NCBI GenBank assembly: GCA_963707855.1
Contig: CAVPRQ010000009.1
Span: 276,158 to 340,157 of the forward strand
Length of the DNA stretch: 64,000 nt
Source: an uncultured Thermoleophilia bacterium
GTDB lineage: Bacteria > Actinomycetota > Thermoleophilia > UBA2241
Direction: 5' to 3'
The notes beneath the pieces were generated by a model. The model was not told the DNA's origin and did no database searches. It saw only the letters and a list, made by a program, of their open reading frames with translations. The position numbers and the translations under genes were made by a program. Below are positions 36,848 through 47,523 of this stretch, in pieces. The first letter of the stretch is position 1, and each line of letters starts with the position of its first letter.

Positions 36848-38622
36848 CAGGCCGCCCCGCCTGAGGCCGCCGGCTCGTCGACCGGCACGGCGTCGAGGTC
36901 ACAGTGCTGCGCCTCGGCGTCGCCGAACATCTGCGCGTAGGTGCCGCCAGCGGCCATGAGCTCGTCGTGCGCGCCGCGCTCGACGATCCGTCCGTGGTCG
37001 AGGACCACGACCTCTTCGGCGAGCGAGATCGTCGAGGGCCGGTGCGCGATGATGAAGGTCGTCCGGCCCTTCATCACCTCGACGAGCGCCTCGCGGATCC
37101 TGAACTCGGTCTCGACGTCGACGCTCGAGGTCGCGTCGTCGAGGATCAGGATGCGCGGGTCCATGACGAGCGCCCGCGCGATGGCGAGGCGCTGGCGCTG
37201 GCCGCCCGAGAGCGTGAACCCGCGCTCGCCGACGACGGTCTCGTAGCCCTCCGGCAGCGCGGTGACGAACTCGTCGGCCTGCGCCGCCGCGGCGGCCGCC
37301 CGCACCTCCTCGTCGCTCGCCTCCGGACGTCCGGCGCGGATGTTCTCGGCGATCGAGGCCGAGAACAGGAAGGGGTCCTGCGTGACGACGCCGATGTGGC
37401 GGCGCAGATCGTCGAGCTTGAGGTCGCGCACGTCGTGACCGTCGACGAGGACGCGGCCGCCGCTGACGTCGTAGAAACGCGGCACGAGGTTGGCGAGCGT
37501 GGTCTTGCCGCATCCCGTGTGTCCGACGAGCGCGACGGTGCGACCGGCGGGGACCTCGAGGTCCACGTCGTCGAGGACGGGCCGGTCGACGTACGAGAAG
37601 CTCACGCCTTCGAAGGCGACGGCGCCGTCCGCCTGCGGCAGCGGCGCCGCGTCCGGCCGCTCCTCCATCTCGAGCGGTGCGTCGAGCAACTCGTAGATGC
37701 GGTCGCCGCTGGCGATCGCGCGCTGGGCGAGCCCGGTGAGCCACCCGATGACCTGGGCCGGGAAGACGAGCATCATCAGGTAGGTGTAGAAGGCGACGAG
37801 CTCGCCCAGGGTGATGTCGCCCTGAATGACCTGCCGTCCGCCGTACCAGAGCAGGAGAGCGATCGCCAGGTTGGGGACGAAGGCGATGAGCGGGATGTAC
37901 AAGGCCCGGGTCCGCGCCGCCGCGACGCTCGCCTCGAAGACTCGCGTGCTGCGTTCGCTGAACTTGGCGAGCTCGTCGTCCTCGCGGGCGAAGATGCGCA
38001 CGATGCGCGTGCCGACGATGTTCTCCTCGGCCGCCGCCGTGACGTCGGCGATGCGCTGCTGCACGTCCTTGAGGATCGGCTGGAGGCGGCGGCTGAACCG
38101 CCAGGTGACCACCAGCAACGCGGGCAGAAAGGCGAGCGACACGAGGGCGAGCCGCCAGTCAGTCGCCAGCAGGATCACGGCGACGGCGACCATCATGACG
38201 ATGTTCACGGCGAAGAACACGATGCCGTAGCCGAGGAACATGCGCACGTTCGAGATGTCGCTCATGGCGCGCGACATCAGCTGGCCGGTCGGCCAGTGGT
38301 CGAAGAAGGCGAACGGCTGACGGAGGAGACGGGCCCAGAGGCGGTTGCGCAGGTCGTACTCGATGCCGAGGCTGGCCTTGCCGGTCGTGAGGCGTCGCGC
38401 CACGGCGATGCCGAAGCGGGCGACGCCCACGCCGACCAGGGCCAGCCCATACCAGCGGAGCAGGCCTGACTCCCCGCCGATCAGGGCGCGGTCGATGGTC
38501 AGCTGGATGATGCGCGGCACGACGAGGCTCAGCCCCATCTGGGCGAAGGCCAGGACGAACCCCGCGACGGTGAGCCACTTGTAGTCGCCGAGCAGCTTGG
38601 TGATGCGCCAGATGGTCCTCAT
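36847..38622 (-). CDS. ABC exporter, fused permease-ATPase (MdlA/MsbA-like)
   Basis: Intact 591-aa ORF with six TM helices, GHTGCGKTTLANLV, LSGGQRQRLAIARAL, and ILILDDATSSVD. It overlaps the downstream partner by one base, which suggests a heterodimer. Confidence 0.9.
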   Translation of the reverse strand: MRTIWRITKLLGDYKWLTVAGFVLAFAQMGLSLVVPRIIQLTIDRALIGGESGLLRWYGLALVGVGVARFGIAVARRLTTGKASLGIEYDLRNRLWARLLRQPFAFFDHWPTGQLMSRAMSDISNVRMFLGYGIVFFAVNIVMMVAVAVILLATDWRLALVSLAFLPALLVVTWRFSRRLQPILKDVQQRIADVTAAAEENIVGTRIVRIFAREDDELAKFSERSTRVFEASVAAARTRALYIPLIAFVPNLAIALLLWYGGRQVIQGDITLGELVAFYTYLMMLVFPAQVIGWLTGLAQRAIASGDRIYELLDAPLEMEERPDAAPLPQADGAVAFEGVSFSYVDRPVLDDVDLEVPAGRTVALVGHTGCGKTTLANLVPRFYDVSGGRVLVDGHDVRDLKLDDLRRHIGVVTQDPFLFSASIAENIRAGRPEASDEEVRAAAAAAQADEFVTALPEGYETVVGERGFTLSGGQRQRLAIARALVMDPRILILDDATSSVDVETEFRIREALVEVMKGRTTFIIAHRPSTISLAEEVVVLDHGRIVERGAHDELMAAGGTYAQMFGDAEAQHCDLDAVPVDEPAASGGAA

Positions 38623-38740
38623 CTGTGGGCAAGCTTACCCGGGGACAAACCGGGCGGCCGGGCAGGCGGCGGGTCCCCGGATGTGCGCGTCGCGCGGTCA
38701 TCGGCGCACGGCCGACGAGGGCGTTGTAACCTTTCTCGCC

Positions 38741-39307
38741 GTGACGTCGTCTAACGGACAAGACTGGCGGCTGCCCGCCGACCCGTCGCCGGCGGAGCTG
38801 GCGAGGGCCGCGGCGGGTGACCGCGACGCTTTCGGACTCATCGTGGAGCGCTACGAGACGCTGGTGTACTCAGTCGCCTACAACGTGCTCGGCAATCGCC
38901 TCGACGCGGAGGACGCGGCGCAGGACGCCTTCCTGCGCTGCTACCGCTCGCTGCCGCAATACCGCAGCGAGGCGTCGTTCTCGACCTGGCTCTTTCGCCT
39001 CGCCCTGACGACGGCGATCGACAGCCGGCGCCGCGAGCGGCGCCGTCCCGAGCCCGCCGAGATGCCCGACGTCGCCGACGAGAGGTCGACCGGCCCCGGC
39101 ATGGGCGTCGACGCAGCGACGATCATGCGCGCCCTCGGCGATCTGCCCGAGGACTACCGGACGCCGACCGTGCTGCGCGACCTCTACGGCCTGCCGTACC
39201 AGGAGATCGCCGAGCTCACCGGTCGTCCGCTCGGCACGGTCAAGGTCATGGTCCATCGCGGTCGCGCCTCGCTGCGTCTGCGGCTCAGGGCGGCGGGGGA
39301 GGCCTGA
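38741..39307 (+). CDS. ECF-type RNA polymerase sigma-70 factor
   Basis: In the frame of ORF 38597..39307 the start is GTG at 38741. Region 2 is [42 protein letters not shown]...[15 protein letters not shown]. Region 4 is [41 protein letters not shown]. Confidence 0.85.
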   Translation: MTSSNGQDWRLPADPSPAELARAAAGDRDAFGLIVERYETLVYSVAYNVLGNRLDAEDAAQDAFLRCYRSLPQYRSEASFSTWLFRLALTTAIDSRRRERRRPEPAEMPDVADERSTGPGMGVDAATIMRALGDLPEDYRTPTVLRDLYGLPYQEIAELTGRPLGTVKVMVHRGRASLRLRLRAAGEA

Positions 39308-39739
39308 ATGGACTGCGGCGGCGTGCGCGCCCTCATCAACCGCTACATCGACGGCGAGCTCGGCTACGTCGAGATCGCCGAGTTCCAGCAGCACCTCGAC
39401 TTCTGCCCCGACTGCGCGCTCGAGCTTCGCGAGCTGGGCGACCTGCGCGGCGTCCTGGCCGCGTGGGGCGGGATCCGGCTGGCGCCGCCGATGGGCTTCG
39501 CCGACAGGGTCATGGCCGCGGTCGAACGCGAGCCCCTGCCCGGGCTCGCCGCGGCCGCTCGCCGAAGTCGTCGACGAGGCGCTCGAGCGCCTCGACCGCG
39601 CCCTCGGCAGGATGCCGCTCCCGGGCGGCCGCACGATCCCCGTCAAGAACGTGATCGGCTGGGGGCTGGCGTGGCCGCCGTCGTCATCGGCCTCGAGCGT
39701 CGCCACGGCCGTGAGGAGTCCGAGGTGCGGGTGCCGTGA
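39308..39739 (+). CDS. Anti-sigma factor (zf-HC2 type), single-pass membrane; about 2 frame breaks
   Basis: The ATG directly abuts the sigma stop. [46 protein letters not shown] carries the HxxxCxxC motif. Shifts near 39550 and 39668 restore a TM helix ([16 protein letters not shown]). The stop overlaps the fabZ start (GTGA). Confidence 0.65.
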   Translation: MDCGGVRALINRYIDGELGYVEIAEFQQHLDFCPDCALELRELGDLRGVLAAWGGIRLAPPMGFADRVMAAVEREPLPGLAAAARRSRRRGARAPRPRPRQDAAPGRPHDPRQERDRLGAGVAAVVIGLERRHGREESEVRVP

Positions 39740-40196
39740 AGCTCGACCGTTCCCAGATCGAAGCGCTGCTGCCGCACCGCCCGCCCTTCCTGCTCCTCGA
39801 CGAGGTCGACGAGCTCGAGCCGGGCGTGCGCTGCGTCGCCCGGCGCACGCTGCGCGACGAGGACTTCTGGTTCGCCGGGCACTTCCCGGGCAACCCGGTC
39901 ATGCCCGGCGTCCTCATCGTCGAGGCGCTCGCCCAGGCGGCGACCGTGGCCGCGGCAGCGGGGACGAGGCGCGGGGCAAGATCGGTCTCTTCGCCGGCAT
40001 CGACAAGGTGCGCTTCAAGCGCGTCGTGAAGCCGGGCGACACGATGGTGCTCGAGGCGACGATCACCGCCGTGCACGGCCCGGTGGGCCGCGCCGCGGTG
40101 AAGGCGACGGTCGATGGCCAGCTCGCGTGCCGCGGCGAGCTGATGTTCGCGGTCGTCGACGCGGCGGCGATCGCCGAAGGCGAGGCGAAGCTGTGA
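39736..40196 (+). CDS. fabZ: 3-hydroxyacyl-ACP dehydratase FabZ; one break at the G-run 39960-39963
   Basis: [20 protein letters not shown]...[24 protein letters not shown] lies in the 39736 frame. [30 protein letters not shown] lies in the frame ending at 40196. Adding one G to GGGG restores a single frame. Confidence 0.85.
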
Positions 40197-40235
40197 GGCG
40201 GCGCGACGTCAGAAGCGCCGCGGCGGGGCGAGCCG

Positions 40236-41243
40236 ATGATCGGCCTGCGCCGCGGCCTCGTGCGCGGGGCGCGTATCTCGGCGCTCGGCGTGCACGTGCC
40301 CGAGCGCGTGCTCACGAACGACGAGATCTCGCAGTTCCTCGACACGTCCGACGAGTGGATCACCACGCGCACCGGTATCCGTGAGCGCCGCATCGCGCGC
40401 GTCGACGAGGCGACCTCCGACCTCGCCGAGGTGGCCGCGCGCCGCTGTCTCGAGTCGGTCGGCGTCGACCCCGCGGCGCTGGACCTCGTGATCGTCACGA
40501 CGATCTCGCCCGACCACATGATGCCGGCGACGGCGTCGATCGTGTGCGACCGCATCGGCGCCGTCCGCGCCGGCGCCTTCGACATCCAGGCCGGCTGCAC
40601 CGGCTTCGTCTACGGTCTCGCCACGGCGACCGCGTTCGTTTCGGCGAACATCTACGAGAACGTCCTTGTGCTCGGCGCCGAGGTCCTCTCGAAGCTCCTC
40701 GACTGGGAGGACCGCGGCACCTGCGTCCTCTTCGGCGACGGCGCCGGCGCCGTGCTCGTGCAGCCGACCGACAACGGCAGCATCTTCTCCTTCGACCTTG
40801 GCAACGACGGCAGCGGCGCGTCCTCGCTCAACATCCCGGCCGGCGGCACCCGCGAGCCGGCTACCTTCGAGAGCGTCCGCGACCATCGCCACACCATGCA
40901 CATGACGGGCAGCGAGGTCTTCAAGTTCGCCACCCGCACCGTGGTCGAGTCGTGCGAGAAGGTGCTGGGCGACGCGGGGATCGGCGTCGAGGACGTCGAT
41001 CTGTTCGTGCCGCACCAGGCCAACCTCCGTATCATCGAGTCGGCCGCCCGGCGTCTCGGCTTCAGCGAGGGCCAGGTGTTCGCCAACCTCGACCGGTACG
41101 GCAACACCTCGTGCGCGTCGATCCCGATCTGCCTCCACGAGGCCAGCGAGTCTGGCCGGCTCAAGAAGGGCGACACGCTGCTCATGGCGGGCTTCGGCGC
41201 CGGACTCACGTGGGGCTCGTGCCTCACGAAGTGGGAGCTGTAG
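40236..41243 (+). CDS. fabH: 3-oxoacyl-ACP synthase III
   Basis: Intact 335-aa ORF. Motifs: TSDEWITTRTGIRERR, AFDIQAGCTGFVYGL (active-site Cys), VPHQANLRII, and GNTSCASIP. Confidence 0.9.
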   Translation: MIGLRRGLVRGARISALGVHVPERVLTNDEISQFLDTSDEWITTRTGIRERRIARVDEATSDLAEVAARRCLESVGVDPAALDLVIVTTISPDHMMPATASIVCDRIGAVRAGAFDIQAGCTGFVYGLATATAFVSANIYENVLVLGAEVLSKLLDWEDRGTCVLFGDGAGAVLVQPTDNGSIFSFDLGNDGSGASSLNIPAGGTREPATFESVRDHRHTMHMTGSEVFKFATRTVVESCEKVLGDAGIGVEDVDLFVPHQANLRIIESAARRLGFSEGQVFANLDRYGNTSCASIPICLHEASESGRLKKGDTLLMAGFGAGLTWGSCLTKWEL

Positions 41244-41261
41244 GAGGCTCTGGCAGCTTCC

Positions 41262-42194
41262 GTGAGCAGGCTCGTCCTCATGTTCCCCGGCCAGGGGTCG
41301 CAGGCCGTCGGTATGGGCTGCGACCTCGCCGCCGCGGACCCGCTCATGCGGAGGACCTTCACCGAGGCTTCCGGCGTCCTCGGCTACGATCTCGAGCAGC
41401 TCTGCGCTGAGGGTCCGGCCGAGCTCCTCGGACGGACCGACCGCACGCAGCCGGCCCTGCTCACCGTCTCCGTCGGCATCTTCCGCCTTCTGCAGCGCGA
41501 CGGGCTGCGCTTCGACGCCGCCCTCGGCCACAGCGTCGGCGACTACTCGGCTCTGGTGGCCACGGGGGCGATCGAGTTCGCAGCCGCCGTGCGCCTCGTG
41601 CGGCGGCGCGGTGAGGAGATGCTCGCCGCCGCCGAACGGACCCCCGGCGGAATGGCCGCCGTGCTCGGCCTCTCCGACGAGGCCGTCGAGGAGTTGTGCG
41701 CCGGCGTCGACGGTGCCTGGCCGGCGAACTTCAACTCGCCCGGCCAGGTCGTCGTGAGCGGCACCTCGGCCGGGCTCGAGGCGTTCGCCGGCCTGGCGGC
41801 CGCGGCCGGCGCCAAGCGGGTCGTCCCGCTGGCCGTCAGCGGCGCCTTCCACTCGCCCCTCGTCGCGTCGGCGGCGGGCCCGCTGCGGGCCGAGCTTGAC
41901 GCGGTCGCGTGGCGACCGCCGGACCCGCCGTTCTTCTCGGCCACAAGCCTGCGCTTCGAGCGCGACGGTCTGCCCGAGCTGCTGCAGCGGCAGCTGGTGT
42001 CGCCGGTGCGCTTCTTCCCCGCCGTGAACGCCCTGCAGGCGGCGGGGTATGATGCGTTCCTTGAGGTAGGGTCGGGGAGCGTGCTCAGCGGCCTCGTGAA
42101 GCGCATCGCCCCCGAGGCGGCGGTCGCCCGAGCCGCCGACGTCGAGACGCTCACGACCCTGCGCGAAGCGGGCACGTATCTGGAGGCGAAGTGA
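41262..42194 (+). CDS. fabD: Malonyl-CoA:ACP transacylase
   Basis: Intact 310-aa ORF. Motifs: LMFPGQGSQAVGMG, ALGHSVGDYSALV (GHSxG), and VSGAFHSPL. Confidence 0.9.
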   Translation: MSRLVLMFPGQGSQAVGMGCDLAAADPLMRRTFTEASGVLGYDLEQLCAEGPAELLGRTDRTQPALLTVSVGIFRLLQRDGLRFDAALGHSVGDYSALVATGAIEFAAAVRLVRRRGEEMLAAAERTPGGMAAVLGLSDEAVEELCAGVDGAWPANFNSPGQVVVSGTSAGLEAFAGLAAAAGAKRVVPLAVSGAFHSPLVASAAGPLRAELDAVAWRPPDPPFFSATSLRFERDGLPELLQRQLVSPVRFFPAVNALQAAGYDAFLEVGSGSVLSGLVKRIAPEAAVARAADVETLTTLREAGTYLEAK

Positions 42195-42946
42195 CGGTGG
42201 AGCTGGATCTGACCGGAGCGGTCGCCCTCGTGACGGGCGCGGGCCGCGGCATCGGCCGTGACATCGCGCTGGCTCTGGCCGCGGCCGGCGCCGACGTCGC
42301 CGTCAACGACTTCGCCGGAGAGGACGCCTGCGCGGCCGTCGTCGCCGAGATCGAGGCGCTCGGACGCAAGGGCCTCGTCGTCATGGCCGACGTCGGCGAC
42401 GAGGGACAGGTCAACGCCATGGTCGAGCGCGTCGAGGGCGAGCTCGGACCGGTGAGCGTCGTCGTCAATAACGCAGGCATCACACGCGACAACGTCGTGA
42501 TGATGATGGACGCGGCGGACTTCGACGCCGTCATCAACACCCATCTGCGCGGGACGTTCCTCGTCTCGAAGGCGGCGGCGCGGCGCATGTTCCGCCGCCG
42601 CGCCGGCTGTATCATCAACCTGTCGAGCGTGGTCGGGCGGCGCGGCAACGCCGGTCAGGCGAACTACGCCGCCGCCAAGGCGGGCATCATCGGCCTGACG
42701 AAGTCGCTCGCCAAGGAGCTCGGCGGGCGGGGCGTGCGCGTCAACGCGATCGCGCCCGGGTACATCGACACGCCGATGACACAGGCCTTGCCGGAAGACA
42801 CGCGCAAGCTGATCGTCGACAACACGCCGCTGCGCTCTATCGGCGCGACGGCGGACGTGGCGAACGCGGTCGTCTTCCTGGCCTCACCGAGGGCGCGCTT
42901 CATCACCGGCGTGACGCTCCCGGTCGACGGCGGCTTGGGCATCTGA
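42191..42946 (+). CDS. fabG: 3-oxoacyl-ACP reductase
   Basis: Intact 251-aa ORF. Motifs: ALVTGAGRGIGRDIA, NNAGITRD, and NYAAAKAGIIGLTKSLAKEL (YxxxK). It overlaps fabD by 4 nt. Confidence 0.9.
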   Translation: MTVELDLTGAVALVTGAGRGIGRDIALALAAAGADVAVNDFAGEDACAAVVAEIEALGRKGLVVMADVGDEGQVNAMVERVEGELGPVSVVVNNAGITRDNVVMMMDAADFDAVINTHLRGTFLVSKAAARRMFRRRAGCIINLSSVVGRRGNAGQANYAAAKAGIIGLTKSLAKELGGRGVRVNAIAPGYIDTPMTQALPEDTRKLIVDNTPLRSIGATADVANAVVFLASPRARFITGVTLPVDGGLGI

Positions 42947-43004
42947 GGGCGGCGATGGGAGCGACGGGCGTGACGAGGATGACGGCGCGACGAGGACACG
43001 AAGA

Positions 43005-44261
43005 ATGAGCGGCGGCACCCAGCCGGCGCGCCGTGTCGTCGTGACCGGCATGGGCGTCGTCTCGCCTCTGGGCTGCGACGTCGACCAGTTCTGGCGGCGG
43101 CTCGTCGCCGGCGAGTCGGGCGTGGGCGAGATCACGCGCTTCGACCACAGCGACCACCGCGTCCACATCGCCGCCGAGGTCCAGGGCTTCGACCCCGAGG
43201 ACTACGTGGACAAGCGCACCGTCCGTCGCCTCGACCTGTTCAGCCGCTACGCCGTGGGCGCCGCCGCGCTGGCCCGCGACGACGCCGGGATCGATCCGCG
43301 GGCCGAAGCCGAGCGCACCGGCGCCGTGATCGGCAGCGGCGTCGGCGGCCTGCAGACACTCCATGTGGAGATCGAGAAGCTGCTGAACCAGGGCCCCGAG
43401 CGGACGAACCCTCTCCTCATCCCCATGATGATCCCGAACATGGGCGCGGCCCAGGTGTCGCTCGAGCTTGGCACGAAGGGGCCGCTGAGCTCGACCTGTA
43501 CGGCCTGCGCCGCGGGCTCGGACGCGATCGCCAGCGCCTTCCACGTCATCCGCCGCGGCGACGCCGAGGTCATGTTCGCCGGAGGAAGCGAGGCGCCGAT
43601 CAGCGCGATCGGCGTGGCCGGCTTCGCCGCCGCGCGTTCGCTGTCGCGGCGCAACGACGACCCGACGGCCGCCTCGCGGCCGTTCGACGCCGGCCGTGAC
43701 GGCTTCGTCATCGGCGAGGGCGCCGGGTGCCTCGTGCTCGAGGACCTCGAGCACGCGCTCCGGCGCGACGCGCACATCCACGCCGAGCTGGCCGGCGTCG
43801 GCCTCAGCTCGGACTCGTTCCATATGACCGCACCCGACGAGACCGGCGAGTCGCAGGCGCGGGCGATGAAGGCGGCGATGGACCTCGCGGGGCTCGCCCC
43901 TTCCGACATCGCCTACATCAACGCCCACGGCACCGCGACGCTGGCCGGCGACATCGCCGAGACGAAGGCCATCAAGGTCGCGCTCGGCGAGCACGCCGCC
44001 AACGTCGCCGTCTCGTCCAACAAGTCGATGATCGGGCACTGCCTCGGCGCCTCCGGCGCCATCGAGGCGGTGGCGACCGTCCTCACGATCGTCAACAGCC
44101 TGGTGCCGCCGACCATCAACCTCACCGATCCCGACCCCGAGTGCGACCTCGACTTCGTCCCGCTCGAGTCGCGTTTCGTCAGGGTCGACGCGGCCGCTTC
44201 GAACAGTTTCGGCTTCGGCGGCCACAACGTCACCCTGGTCTTCCGCCGGTTCGACGGCTGA
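43005..44261 (+). CDS. fabF: 3-oxoacyl-ACP synthase II
   Basis: Intact 418-aa ORF. Motifs: RRVVVTGMGVVSPLG, STCTACAAGSDAI (active-site Cys), YINAHGTATLAGD, and NSFGFGGHN. Confidence 0.9.
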   Translation: MSGGTQPARRVVVTGMGVVSPLGCDVDQFWRRLVAGESGVGEITRFDHSDHRVHIAAEVQGFDPEDYVDKRTVRRLDLFSRYAVGAAALARDDAGIDPRAEAERTGAVIGSGVGGLQTLHVEIEKLLNQGPERTNPLLIPMMIPNMGAAQVSLELGTKGPLSSTCTACAAGSDAIASAFHVIRRGDAEVMFAGGSEAPISAIGVAGFAAARSLSRRNDDPTAASRPFDAGRDGFVIGEGAGCLVLEDLEHALRRDAHIHAELAGVGLSSDSFHMTAPDETGESQARAMKAAMDLAGLAPSDIAYINAHGTATLAGDIAETKAIKVALGEHAANVAVSSNKSMIGHCLGASGAIEAVATVLTIVNSLVPPTINLTDPDPECDLDFVPLESRFVRVDAAASNSFGFGGHNVTLVFRRFDG

Positions 44262-44282
44262 CGCCGTCCCGCCGGCCCCGTC

Positions 44283-45284
44283 ATGAACGTCACCGTCGAG
44301 ATCGAGCGCAGGGACTCCCGGCCCGCCAAGCCGGAGTGGATCTGCCCGTCGTGCAAGGACGGCGCCAGGCTCGCCGATGTCCGCGGCAGCCTGTTCGTGT
44401 GCCCGTACTGCGGATTCCACGCGCGGGTGACGGCGAACGAGCGCATCCGCCAGCTCGCCGACCCCGAGAGCTTCCACGAGCTCTGGGTGACCGTCCGCAC
44501 GCTCGACCCCCTGACCTTCACGGATATCGAGGCCTACCCTGACCGGGTCCGCGAGGCGCAGGCCAAGACCGGTCTCACCGAGGCGATCATCACGGGCACG
44601 GCGACGATCGACGGCAGCGACTGCGTCCTCGCCGTGATGGACTTCGGCTTCCTCGGCGGCAGCATGGGCAGCGTCGTGGGCGAGAAGCTGTGGCGCAGCG
44701 CTGAGCTCGCCGCCGAGCAGGGCCTGCCCCTGGTCGCCGTGTGCAGCTCGGGCGGGGCGCGCATGCAGGAAGGCATCCTCTCGCTCATGCAGATGGCCAA
44801 GACGAGCTGCGCCGTCGACGTCATCAACGAATCCGGGACGCCGTTCGTGGCGATCCTCGTGGACCCGTGTACGGGCGGCGTCGTCGCGAGCTTCGCGACC
44901 CTCGCCGACATCTGCATCGCGGAGCCGGGCGCGCTGCTCTCGTTCTCGGGCCCGCGCGTGATCGCCGAGACGACGCGCGAGCCGCTGCCGAAGGGCTTCG
45001 GCAGCGCCGAGCGCAACCTCGAGCTTGGCCATCTCGACGCGGTCGTCCCGCGCAAGGACCTGAAGGCGAAGGTGGGCAACTACCTGCGGCTGCTGGGAGG
45101 GGGTGACACCCCTGAACGACGAGAAGCACGACGAGCGCGAGGCAGAGGCAAGGGAAGGCTGGCTCAGGCAACGGCTAGCGGAGCTCGGACGCTTGCCTCT
45201 CTTGCCCGGCGTCCATTTGTCGGAGGAGATGGACAGGCTGCAGGGCCGGATGAAGAGGCTCCAGCACGAGAGACGCCGGCGTGA
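44283..45284 (+). CDS. accD: Acetyl-CoA carboxylase carboxyltransferase beta subunit; tail probably out of frame (true stop likely TGA 45104-45106)
   Basis: The zinc ribbon is [10 protein letters not shown]...[10 protein letters not shown]. Also [31 protein letters not shown]. The last ~60 aa overlap accA in another frame and look non-coding. One extra G in the GGGGG run at 45099-45103 would end the protein at ...LRLLGGG with GTGA coupling to accA. Confidence 0.85.
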   Translation: MNVTVEIERRDSRPAKPEWICPSCKDGARLADVRGSLFVCPYCGFHARVTANERIRQLADPESFHELWVTVRTLDPLTFTDIEAYPDRVREAQAKTGLTEAIITGTATIDGSDCVLAVMDFGFLGGSMGSVVGEKLWRSAELAAEQGLPLVAVCSSGGARMQEGILSLMQMAKTSCAVDVINESGTPFVAILVDPCTGGVVASFATLADICIAEPGALLSFSGPRVIAETTREPLPKGFGSAERNLELGHLDAVVPRKDLKAKVGNYLRLLGGGDTPERREARRARGRGKGRLAQATASGARTLASLARRPFVGGDGQAAGPDEEAPARETPA

Positions 45285-46122
45285 CGCCTGGCTCACTGTC
45301 GAGATCGCTCGCCACAAGGAACGCCCGCGCACGCGGGACTACATCGCCCATCTGATCGAGGGCTTCGAAGAGCTCAAGGGCGACCGGCTGCGCGCCGACG
45401 ACCCGGCGATCGTCGGCGGGCTCGGCTGGCTCGGCGGTCGCGCCGTGATGGTGGTCGGCCACCAGAAGGGTCGCACCCTGGACGAGCAGACGGTCCACAA
45501 CTTCGGCATGGCCCGCCCCGAGGGGTACCGCAAGGCGCAGCGCCTCTTCTCGCTCGCCGAGCGCCACCACCTGCCGGTGCTGACCTTCGTCGACACGCCC
45601 GGCGCGTACCCCGGGGTGGCGGCCGAGGAGGGAGGCCAGGCGCGCGCCATCGCCGAGACCATGCTCAAGATGGCGCGCCTGACGGTCCCCGTCGTGGCGA
45701 CGGTGATCGGCGAGGGCGGCTCGGGAGGCGCCCTCGCCCTGGCCGTCGCCGACCGCGTCCTCATGCAGGAGAACGCGACCTACTCCGTGATCTCACCCGA
45801 GGGCTGCGCGGCGATCCTCTGGCGCGACGCGGCGTTCGCGCCGCAGGCGGCCGAGGCGCTCCGCCCGACCGCTTCGCAACTCCACGAGCTGGGCGTCATC
45901 GAGAAGGTGGTCGAGGAGCCGCGCGGCGGCGCCCATCACCATCCCGAGGTGGCGGCGGCCAAGGTCGGCGAGGCGATCCGCGCCGCGCTGGCCGAGCTGG
46001 ACCAGATCGCGCCCGACGTCCGCCGCGCCCAGCGCCGCGAACGGTTCCGCAAGCTCGGCGTGTGGACCGAGCCGGACGCCGGCGGCACCGTGCTCTCGGC
46101 GATCCCCGACCTGCGGCCCTGA
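45103..46122 (+). CDS. accA: Acetyl-CoA carboxylase carboxyltransferase alpha subunit
   Basis: Intact 339-aa ORF. Motifs: [54 protein letters not shown], and [23 protein letters not shown]. Confidence 0.9.
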   Translation: MTPLNDEKHDEREAEAREGWLRQRLAELGRLPLLPGVHLSEEMDRLQGRMKRLQHERRRRDAWLTVEIARHKERPRTRDYIAHLIEGFEELKGDRLRADDPAIVGGLGWLGGRAVMVVGHQKGRTLDEQTVHNFGMARPEGYRKAQRLFSLAERHHLPVLTFVDTPGAYPGVAAEEGGQARAIAETMLKMARLTVPVVATVIGEGGSGGALALAVADRVLMQENATYSVISPEGCAAILWRDAAFAPQAAEALRPTASQLHELGVIEKVVEEPRGGAHHHPEVAAAKVGEAIRAALAELDQIAPDVRRAQRRERFRKLGVWTEPDAGGTVLSAIPDLRP

Positions 46123-46140
46123 GCCGCCTCGGACGGCGGC
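46123..46140. terminator. Short GC hairpin between convergent accA and the oxidoreductase gene
   Basis: GCCGCC-TCGGAC-GGCGGC lies directly after the accA stop. The T-tract that follows is weak. Confidence 0.3.
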
Positions 46141-46157
46141 CTTCTGCGCTCGCCCGC

Positions 46158-47407
46158 TCAGCCGGCGAAGCGGCTGAGGCTGTAGGGCTCGAGGGGGACC
46201 GCGGGCGTCTCGCCCGTCACGACGTCGGCGATGACCTCCCCGGTCATCGGCGCGCAGAGGATCCCGTTGGGGCAGAAGCCGCAGGCGGTGACGACGTTCG
46301 TGTGCTCGTCGAGGCGGCCGAGCACGGGAAGCAGGTCCTCGGTGAAGCCCATCACGCCGCCCCACCAGCGGATGACGGCGACGTCGGCGAGCGAGGGGTG
46401 CACGCGCGCCGCCATGTCGAGCACGATGCGCTGGACGTCGAGCGTCGTCGCGGCGCCGACGCTTTCGAGCAGGAAGTCGCCGTGGTGATCCTGCGGCCTG
46501 GCGCCTCCGATGGTGAGACCCCGTGCCGGGTCTGGCGCCAGTAGATGTACGGGCTCACGCCGTAGAGGCAGGCGACCTCCATGAGCGGCGGCAGCGGCTC
46601 GGTGACGAAGATCTGGCCGCGCTGGGGCCGGACGGGAACGTCGAGCCCCAGCGGGGCCAGGAACGGCCGCGTCCACGGCTCGAGGGCGACGACGAGCTGC
46701 TCGCAGCGCACGTCGCCCTCGGGCGTGCGCACGCCGACGACCTGGCCCGGCGGGCGCGGCGTCGCAGCCGGCGGTGCGCGCGCCGGTGACGCCGGGGTAG
46801 CGCCGCGGCTCTGCCGCGGCGAGCCCGCCCGGCGTCTCGACGAGCAGCGCCGTCGCCGGCGTGTTCTGGCGCACGCGCCCCCCGTGGCGCGCGGCGCCGA
46901 GCGCCAGGGCGTAGCAGAGGAGCAGCGGGTTGACCTGGCCGTCCATGGGGCGAAGCCAGCCGCCGAGCGTGTTCTCGGGGAAGAGGCGCGAGAGGGCGAG
47001 CGTCTCGTCGCGGTCCAGCCAGCGGACGTCGTAGCCCTGCTCGAGGTGGCCGCGGAACTCGGCGTCGATCTCGTCCTTGTCGGCGTCGCCCTCGAGGACG
47101 ATCTGCAAGGTCCCGGCGCGCAGGTACTCGATGTCGACGCCGGAGGTGTCGAGCAGCTCCTCGGCGAGGACTGGCCACAGCTCCGCGGAGCGGTAGTAGT
47201 AGTCGACAAGAGGAGAGGCCGGGTCGACGGCCGTGTCGAGCAGGCCGCCGTTGCGGCCGCTCGCACCCTGGCCGATGTCCCCGGCCTCGAGCAGCAGGAC
47301 GTCGACGCCGCGCTTGGCGAGCTGGTAGGCGATCGACGAGCCGCTCGCCCCGCCGCCGAGCACGACGACGTCACAGGCCGGGGGCAGCGGGGCGGAGAGG
47401 TCGCTCA
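46158..47407 (-). CDS. FAD-dependent oxidoreductase (DAO family: glycine/sarcosine/D-amino-acid oxidase-like); at least 2 frame breaks
   Basis: Start is ATG at 47407. MSDLSAPLPPACDVVVLGGGASGSSIAYQLAKRGVDVLLLEAGDIGQGASGRNGG is the FAD fold. The middle part lies in the 46352..47374 frame (VGVRTPEGDVRCEQLVVALEPWTRPFLAPLGLDVPVRPQRGQIF). The C-terminus returns to the first frame. Breaks lie near 46780 and 46530. Confidence 0.8.
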
Positions 47408-47523
47408 TGGCGGGGATGATATCAGCCGGTGCCGGGACGGCTGCGTCCTCCGGCCCTGACGGCCGGCGCGAGACTCCACCGCCTCGATTCGCCGCCGCCC
47501 GCGGTGGCATACCATTGCGGCCG

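Noticed and set aside
40209-45332. 547-aa (40209-41852) and 809-aa (42903-45332) minus-strand ORFs
   Set aside because: They are antisense to fabH/fabD and fabF/accD, whose plus-strand products carry all catalytic motifs. The minus-strand translations have low-complexity R/G/A/D composition.
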